Program-made: the position numbers and the translations under genes | Part shown: positions 54,421 through 64,000 of the stretch, one piece after another | How positions within the stretch are numbered: position 1 is the first letter of the stretch | Layout: each line of letters starts with the position of its first letter | NCBI GenBank assembly: GCA_951406725.2 | Contig: OX597825.1 | Span: 22,506,001 to 22,570,000 of the forward strand | Source: Octopus vulgaris | Lineage: Eukaryota | Length of the DNA stretch: 64,000 nt | Direction of reading: 5' to 3' | The notes under the pieces: generated by a model | Database searches by the model: none | Told to the model about the DNA's origin: nothing | What the model saw: only the letters and a program-made list of their open reading frames with translations

Positions 54421-55846
54421 TGGCTGAAATAATGAATAAGTGATTTTTCAATAATAATATTGTATAATTTTGTCAATAAATATTTGTAACAGTTTTACGA
54501 TTAGATATTGATAAATAATCACGAAAATCTGTTCAATTTGGTTAAGAAATTTGATTTGTTTTCTCTTTTTGTATTTTGACATTTGTAATTGCCGATTGGC
54601 TTTTTTTTTTTGGTGGCTGAAGGAATGGCAATAATACACATATTTCGTGACTTAATCCTATCACAGATCGATTATATTAATTTTATTACCGGTTGTATTC
54701 TGAAGGAGATGCGGAGGAGAAAGATCGTTTAATCTCCATTTCTAATGTCCATTGTTAAAATGTCTATAGCTTAGAAAATCTTGTAGCCTATGACAAACTG
54801 AAATTATATTTACTTAATGTGTTTTAGAAACAAAATAATTTCTTTTCGTGTTATGCTCTTATGGAGAAAAGAGAGGAGAGGAAAAAAAATGGAGAAAAGA
54901 AATGAAGGTAAAATGTACACTTTCCATCGAAATAATATAGTATGAAATCAAGAAAATCTTTTTGTTTTGCGTCTTCGATTTACGTCCGAAACTTTCAATG
55001 CATTTTAATGTTTCCGGGCACTTTGCGGGGCGAAAGGTCTTCTAGTTGTTTATTTAAAGATAAATTATGCTTACACGTGCAAAAATCAATGGAATTAGTG
55101 TCAGTTTTTATTATAACTTATTTACAGAGTTTCATACCGTAGAATTGTTACAGTATTGAAAATACATTTTCCGTATTTTATTATGGGGTTCCTTTTTTTC
55201 TTTTGCAATCTGATTAAATATCTTTTCAGAAAGCAAAAATATCGTCCAAGATTCTGTTCTGTAAGATCATGCGTAGAAGAAAAAATTGCTTTTAGCGGAA
55301 TTTGTCTCAGCCGTGCCGGTATTCGTGACATCAGAGAAGATTTTATGCACTTTTCCGATATTAGGGACGACGAATTCTAACCCTAGCATGTGGCTGGCTG
55401 CCAGCACACATCATTAAAAGGGTCAGAGAGGCTTAAATGTAATAGGCCTTCTCTCCGGTCGCTAATGAAAGGAATATTCGCCTCCTTCCGATACTGTGCT
55501 TTTAACGCAGCAAGTCTATTAGAGACAAGCACTTCAGTTAGTGGCCAATTAATATATATTCATAATATGTGATATGTAGATGACTATTTCAATTAAATAA
55601 TGCTTTGATTGCGTATACCTGGTATTTATACATGTATATTTACCGAAACAGATAGGCGTACATCGCCGTCGAAAATCACTTTGGTTGATAGTTACCTAAA
55701 ATTAACTATATTAAGAGTTCAATGTGGTACCTTCTCTCAAATATTAGAGGAATTTATGCAATGGAGAATGACATGGCGTTTACAGAGAATAAGTTGCCGG
55801 CACCATACATGACGTCATATGCCTATATCGTAGGCATATATATATA

Positions 55847-56076
55847 AGGCAGCGAGCTGGCAGAAACGTTAGCACGCCGGGCGAAATGCGTAGCTGTATT
55901 TCGTCTGCCGTTACGTTCTGGGTTCAAATTCCGCCGAGGTCGACTTTGCCTTTCTTCCTTTCGAGCTCGATAAATTAAGTACCAGTTACGCACTGGGGTC
56001 GATGTAATCGACTTAATCCGTGTGTCTGTCCTTGTTTGTCCCCTCTGTGTTTAGCCCCTTGCGGATAGTAAAGGAA
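55847..56076 (+). mobile_element. SINE family B, full-length monomer
   Basis: Complete head, B-box GGGTTCAAATTCC, body and tagtaaaggaata end. Confidence 0.92.
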
Positions 56077-56800
56077 TATATATCGTAGCAGCGATTTGAA
56101 AGCTTGACTTAATGAAAATGACATAAAAATCTATACCAAATCATACACAGATTCATTAAATAGAAAGTTTGAAAATGAGAAGTAAGTCACCCATATAAAA
56201 CTCCATGAAACAAAAATTATTCATCGACGCTGATAACTATCTGGTTTCTCAATCATGTTGACAGGTAACCGAATAGCCATCAAAAACAGTATCACGATAT
56301 TAAGATATTTGACCAAGAAGATATTCTGCTGAGCCTTCAATCTGAAAGTCCTGTCTTTATATTCACACAAAAACGTTCAACTCTTGACCTACATAAAAAC
56401 AAACCGAGTTTAAGTATAAAATAACATGTTATCTAATCCGCTTGTCAACTGCATTTTATCTTATAAAACACAAGTCAATATGTAACGAAGAATTTTTTTA
56501 TAAGCTGCGTATTTATATTCAGAAATCGGATTAGATACAAATAAAGACAAAGCATTTGAGAAGAGAAAATACAGAAATGTCAATATTTTTGCAAAACAAA
56601 TACCTACACATGCCACAGTCAAATTGAGTATCAGAAGTAAGATGGCGCCACAACACACACACTTATACAGCATCTGTGCATATCAATGCACGCAATCTGT
56701 TTGTGTCTCAACGTATCTATCCAACTATACACACACAGACACACACACACATACACACACACACATACACACACATACACACATACACACACACGTATAC

Positions 56801-56861
<61 letters not shown>

Positions 56862-56866
56862 AGATT

Positions 56867-57032
56867 AGGCGCAGGAGTGGCTGTGTGGTGAGAAGCTTGC
56901 TTCCGAACCACATGGTCCTGAGTTCAGTCCCACTGCATGACACATTGGGCAAGTTCCTTCTACTATAGCTTCGTGTCGACTAAACCTTTGTGAGTGGATT
57001 TGGTAGACTAGACGGAAACTGAAAGAAGCCCG

Positions 57033-57086
<54 letters not shown>

Positions 57087-57270
57087 CCTCCACCACCAGC
57101 ACCATCATTGTTTGACAACCGATGTTGGTGTATTTACGTCTACGTAACTTAGCAGATCAGCAGAAGGGACCGATATTATAAGTACTACGATTAAAGATTA
57201 AATCCTGGGCTCGATTTGTTCAACGAAAAGCGGTGCTCCAGCATGTCCACAACCAAAAGAATAAAAGAAT
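56867..57270 (+). mobile_element. SINE family A with an expanded internal (TA)n
   Basis: Colinear with the A consensus. Confidence 0.88.
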
Positions 57271-57684
57271 ACAAGATCTATTTCTTTCGGTCTCTGCCAA
57301 CTAAATCCAACAACTGTTATACAATACTTAAGACTAGACGTTCATTAAAAACACACACAGACAGAAAAAAACAAACTCAACACAAAAATAAAACTAATAA
57401 AACGTGCAGTAGTTTCTGCTCGAGAGAATTCAAAACTACTAATGACTAACTTGTTAAAGTTATACGTTTGTAAATAATATTAATTAGAAGGAAAATACGG
57501 AGCTTGTGGTAATTATAATAAAGTAGAAAATTCTGAAATGCAAATGTGTAGCGAATTAGTTGAACGAATGCAACCAGATACACACGCGCGTTCACACACA
57601 CACAAACACACACACACACATACACAAACACACACACAAACACACAAACACACACACATAAGGATATGTAAATACTATTACATA

Positions 57685-57925
57685 TCTATTATATAAAATC
57701 CGTTCTGTCTGCCTGTGTGTGTGTGTGTGTCTTCTAGGATCTCGGGCATCCTCCATCCGATAAATTTGATATGTAGATACCAACGGTATCAAGACTTATA
57801 TGAGTCTTGAAAAAATTAGAAAAATCGATTCCAGGTGAGAATGCGATCGATAAAGCCGTGGAAACGTGCATTTGTACGCGCAAGTACATCAGCTGTTTCG
57901 ATCGGTACTATGTACGATGCCAAAA
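57685..57925 (+). mobile_element. Helitron-like element, second (3'-divergent or truncated) copy
   Basis: TCTATTATATAAAATCCGTTCTGTCTG..aaaaatcgattccaggtgagaat.cgatcgataaagc shared with 24448. Confidence 0.6.
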
Positions 57926-57926
57926 A

Positions 57927-57966
<40 letters not shown>

Positions 57967-57980
57967 TATATATATATAAT

Positions 57981-58055
57981 AATAATATTAGGGAATAAAT
58001 CCAAACTTACAGGGAAAAATTTGATTTGCCTAATAGTGGTTTTATCTCTAATTTA

Positions 58056-58057
<2 letters not shown>
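57981..58057 (+). mobile_element. Internally deleted copy of the 27679-27959 fold-back family
   Basis: Tail start atattagggaataaatccaaa joined to terminus aatagtggtttt.tctctaatt, TA-flanked. Confidence 0.8.
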
Positions 58058-58117
<60 letters not shown>

Positions 58118-58764
58118 CTGAAAGAGATACTGTATTGTGTGCTTAACAAAATAGTTGTTCAAAAATAAATATCGGCAGCACTGCCCAAAGGATGTAATAA
58201 AGAATTTAGAAGGGAAATCATATTATTTGATTCTTTCATCTTCACTTATACAACACATATGAAGGACCATAAAACCATTTGATGGTGAGACTTATTCAGG
58301 GTCTGCAAAAATTTGTGTCCGTGTGTTTGAATGTATGTCTCTAGGATTGACATCATGAAAAGTGATGTCAATCCTAGTTTAATTTAGTTGGCCCTGCATG
58401 ACGAAATCTTTTATATAACCGATTGAAACAGCTATTATATTTTGATAAGCGATGTAAATATTTTATTTGATCCGTTCAAACATTTCATAACACGTCTTTC
58501 TGTTTTTTAATGTTTCCTACTCTCTCTGTCTCTCTTCCTGTCTCTCTCTTTTCCGTGCATATAATATGTGTGTGTGTGTGCAAGCTAGAGAGCTTATTTT
58601 TCTGATTTAAAAGTTACTCTCTTCAACTTATGGAACTAAAAAACAAAAAGCTTTACCTTCATCGAACATGACTAAGTTGTATTCGGATGCAAATATGCTT
58701 GGTTTGCAGAAATGATTGTAATGACACATTGTTTCACACGTATACATGCATGTATATATAAAAC

Positions 58765-58859
<95 letters not shown>

Positions 58860-59007
58860 GTCGCTCTCTCTCTCTATCCGCGTATATACATGTGTGTACA
58901 CACGCATACTTATATATATATATATATATATACATACACGGAGCGTGTGTTTTTATATGTATAGATATATGCGGTCATGCAACTATGATACATTTGTTTG
59001 TGTATAT

Positions 59008-59244
59008 TCTCTTTTACTCTTTTACTCTTTTACTTGTTTCAGTCATTTGACTGCGGTCATGCTGGAGCACCGCATTTAGTCGAGCAAATCGACCCCGGGG
59101 ACTTATTCTTTGTTAGCCCAGTACTTATTCTATCGGTCTCTTTTGCCGAACCGCTAAGTGACGGGGACGTAAACACACCAGCATCGGTTGTCAAGCAATG
59201 CTAGGGTGACAAACACACACACACACAAACACACATACACACAC

Positions 59245-59281
<37 letters not shown>

Positions 59282-59437
59282 CATATATACGACAGGCTTC
59301 TTTCAGTTTCCGTCTACCAAATCCACTCAGAAGGCATTGGTTGACCCGGGGCTATAGCAGAAGACACTTGCCCAAGACTGAACCCGGAACCATGTGGTTG
59401 GTTAGCGAGCTACTTACCACACAGCCACTCCTGCGCT
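59008..59437 (-). mobile_element. SINE family A (small deletion in the head)
   Basis: Reverse complement of the A consensus. Confidence 0.9.
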
Positions 59438-59621
59438 TATATTGAATTCTTAGAAATCTAGGAAATTTCTTTTTGTTTGACGTATAAAATGCATTTGAAT
59501 ATTGTGACGCTGTTCTCACAGATTTGCTATATGGAGGAGATCAAATAATTACGTAGAATATCAAATGTTCAATCACTAAATACAACAAAACAAAGCTGAA
59601 TTAAATATAATTTGTACATAC

Positions 59622-60037
59622 AGGCGCAGGAGTGGCTGTGTGGTAAGTAGCTTGCTTACAAACCACATGGTTCCGGGTTCAGTCCTACTGCGTGGCACCT
59701 TGGGTAAGTTTCTTCTACTATAGCCCTGGGCCGACCAATGCCTTGTGAGTGGATTTGGTAGACGGAAACTGAAAGAAGCCTGTCGTATATATGTATATAT
59801 GTATATATATGTGTGTGTGTTTGTGTGTCTGTGTTTGTCCCCCTAGCATTGCTTGACAACCGATGCTGGTGTGTTTACGTCCCCGTCACCTAGCGGTTCG
59901 GCAAAAGAAATCCGACAGAATAAGTACTGGGCTTACAAAGAATAAGTCCTTGGGGTCGATTTCCTCAACTAAAGATGGTGCTCCAGCATGGCCGCAGTCA
60001 AATGACTGAAACAAGTAAAAGAGTATAAAAAAGAGTA
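59622..60037 (+). mobile_element. SINE family A, full length
   Basis: Near-identical to 26657-27068. Confidence 0.92.
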
Positions 60038-60063
60038 TACAGCTTTATTGGTTGTTGCATTAT

Positions 60064-60180
60064 GAAGGTACTTGACTCAATGGTTAGAGCGTTGGGCTCA
60101 CAATCATGAGGTAGCGATTTCGATTCCCATACTGGGCTGCATTGTGCTCTTGAGCAAGACACTTTATTTCATGTTGTATT
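60064..60180 (+). mobile_element. tRNA-derived CORE-like SINE (family C type), 5' part
   Basis: tgactcaatggttagagcgttgggctcacaatcatgaggtagcgatttcgattccc..tgtgctcttgagcaagacacttt. Confidence 0.65.
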
Positions 60181-61199
60181 GCTGACGTTTCTATGACCGA
60201 CTAGCTCGGCATATGTAACCGATAGATTAAGTTACAGACTTTAAAAATAAAACTCAACTGTAGAAATGAATTGTGACGTCACTGTTGCGAGGATTATCGG
60301 CGTTTTTCTTTTCCTTGGATAACAGCTGTTGAGAGGGGTGGCTGGTATGCTTGGGAAACTGCTGCTCTTCTATAGCCACCTTCCCCGGACTTGTGACTTT
60401 GATGGTAAGATTCTACGTGCCATACCATGATCATTCATGACCAAAGGGAGGGGGGTTTCTCTCTCTCTGTCTCTTTCTCGCTGTATTCAAAGTGATAAAC
60501 TGGCGCTCATCGAGTCTAATCTATCAAATTCCTTTAAAATTTAATATGCACACTATTGCAACTTATTTCAGAATGTTTAATCTAATAAAGTCTTTGAGAT
60601 TTCAACACCTACATTCATACCATTCTCTAATCACTGCTTATACATTTAGTTGGTGATACGTTTACGTTGTCGAAACCAAAAAGAAAAACAAACGAATCAA
60701 GATACAATTGGTTTAATTTAAAGTTTACGTTACTTTTTTAAGTTTCACAAAATTCAGACGAAATTCTACAAAATTTTGTTGTCAGCTAGAATTTGGTTTC
60801 TGAATGAAGATGCTAAAAATAGCGAATTTTAAAGTAATTTCAATTAAGTCCAATATATGGTTTTGACATCAGGTTAGATGAATTAATTAAAGCAATTAGC
60901 CAACATGCAACCAGATAAATTGTAAATACCATTATATGATCGTATATTTAACAAAGATATATTTCAATTTAATTTGTAAATACTACGTACGGTCAAGATA
61001 TATGTTACTTTCGGTACGGAAGAACGAAGAAAGAGTTCATATAACATCGCGGATAATTATCAGCTACTCAGATATACATATGTCAACCGATCGGAACAAA
61101 ACGGCAGTTGCTTGCAGCTACGTGTAAGGAATCTGAGGAAGAGCCGATACTGCCATTGTCAATGCCATGCAAATGCGGTTAGTTACGCACACACGCACA

Positions 61200-61293
<94 letters not shown>

Positions 61294-61294
61294 G

Positions 61295-61337
<43 letters not shown>

Positions 61338-61338
61338 G

Positions 61339-61379
<41 letters not shown>

Positions 61380-61843
61380 GATATAAATGTATATATATAC
61401 ATATACATATATTTTACAAAATACAGACACTCTTGAACGCATCTACAAAAAACGACATTTCCACCTCGGCCTTAGAATAACACAAACACACACGCAAATA
61501 TTAAAAGTGATACACTCAAAAGATTCATAAGAATACATTACAAACAGTCCCAATTACTGCTATAATCGATAACATACCAATTTTAAGTCACTTGACTATT
61601 TAACACCTCACTACTGTCATACTACCTATATTCCTTCTTATTCTCCATTCTCTTTCTTCTTCTTCTTCTTCTTCTTCTTCTTCTTCTTCATCTTTATTCT
61701 TATTCTTATTATCTTTATTATTATTCTCTTCCTCCTTCTCTTCTTCTTCTTCTCCTTCTTCTTATTGCCTACCAAGCATTCACAACGACCTCCAACCCAC
61801 ATGAGTAAACAAGAGAGACAGAGACAGGCAGAAATACGGAAAG

Positions 61844-62007
61844 TGCCACTTGTATTTGAACACTATGCAAATATTCTTTAAAAACATTTTTCTCTTAATT
61901 TCTCCAAAATTTAATTGTTTTCCATACTTACAGTTGAAAAAGTTTCAATGATTGAAACTGGTACTGAAAATTATTGTAGCATCTTCTATCTTGACTACTT
62001 TTTTCCA
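61844..62007 (+). mobile_element. Diverged single arm of the 38026-38437 family
   Basis: tgccacttgtatttgaacactatgcaaatattc..cagTTGAAAAagtttcaatgattGAAActggTActg..ttttccatat. Confidence 0.8.
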
Positions 62008-62050
62008 TATATATATATATATCTGTATATATATATATATATATATATAT

Positions 62051-63905
<1,855 letters not shown>

Positions 63906-64000
63906 ATGAATTTCAGTATGTATCTATTATCTATCTGTGTCTGTACTTGTGTTCTTGCAAGTGTGTATGCGTGTGAGTTTCTATACGTGTACGTATGTAT

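Overview
This is AT-rich, microsatellite-dense animal DNA, most likely Octopus/coleoid cephalopod. That is inferred from the SINE families and the (TA)n/(CA)n/(TAA)n load, not from a database match. There is no intact long gene, and most listed ORFs are microsatellite or repeat artefacts. The window contains two abundant tRNA-derived SINE families (A, CORE-type; B), a minor third SINE type, a decayed Gypsy retrotransposon, R4/Dong, CR1 and RTE LINE ends, mariner, Tc1-like and piggyBac remnants, and two non-autonomous Helitron-like copies. The most striking feature is a set of fold-back (inverted-arm plus one-sided tail) Penelope-like elements lodged in (TA)n tracts. One (62.05-63.44 kb) still carries recognisable Penelope RT and C-terminal endonuclease-region peptides. 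Several carry minimal type-I hammerhead-ribozyme motifs whose core 3-8 pair covaries between families (C-G, U-A, G-C). All eight tailed copies I could orient share the same polarity. Family-B SINEs form head-less ~184-bp concatemers with one fixed junction, inserted inside older copies of the same family. Two candidate + strand exons (34282-34536, 38815-38972) splice in phase, and one candidate - strand terminal exon (31174-31360) is present. All alignments were done by eye, so boundaries of old repeats are approximate.
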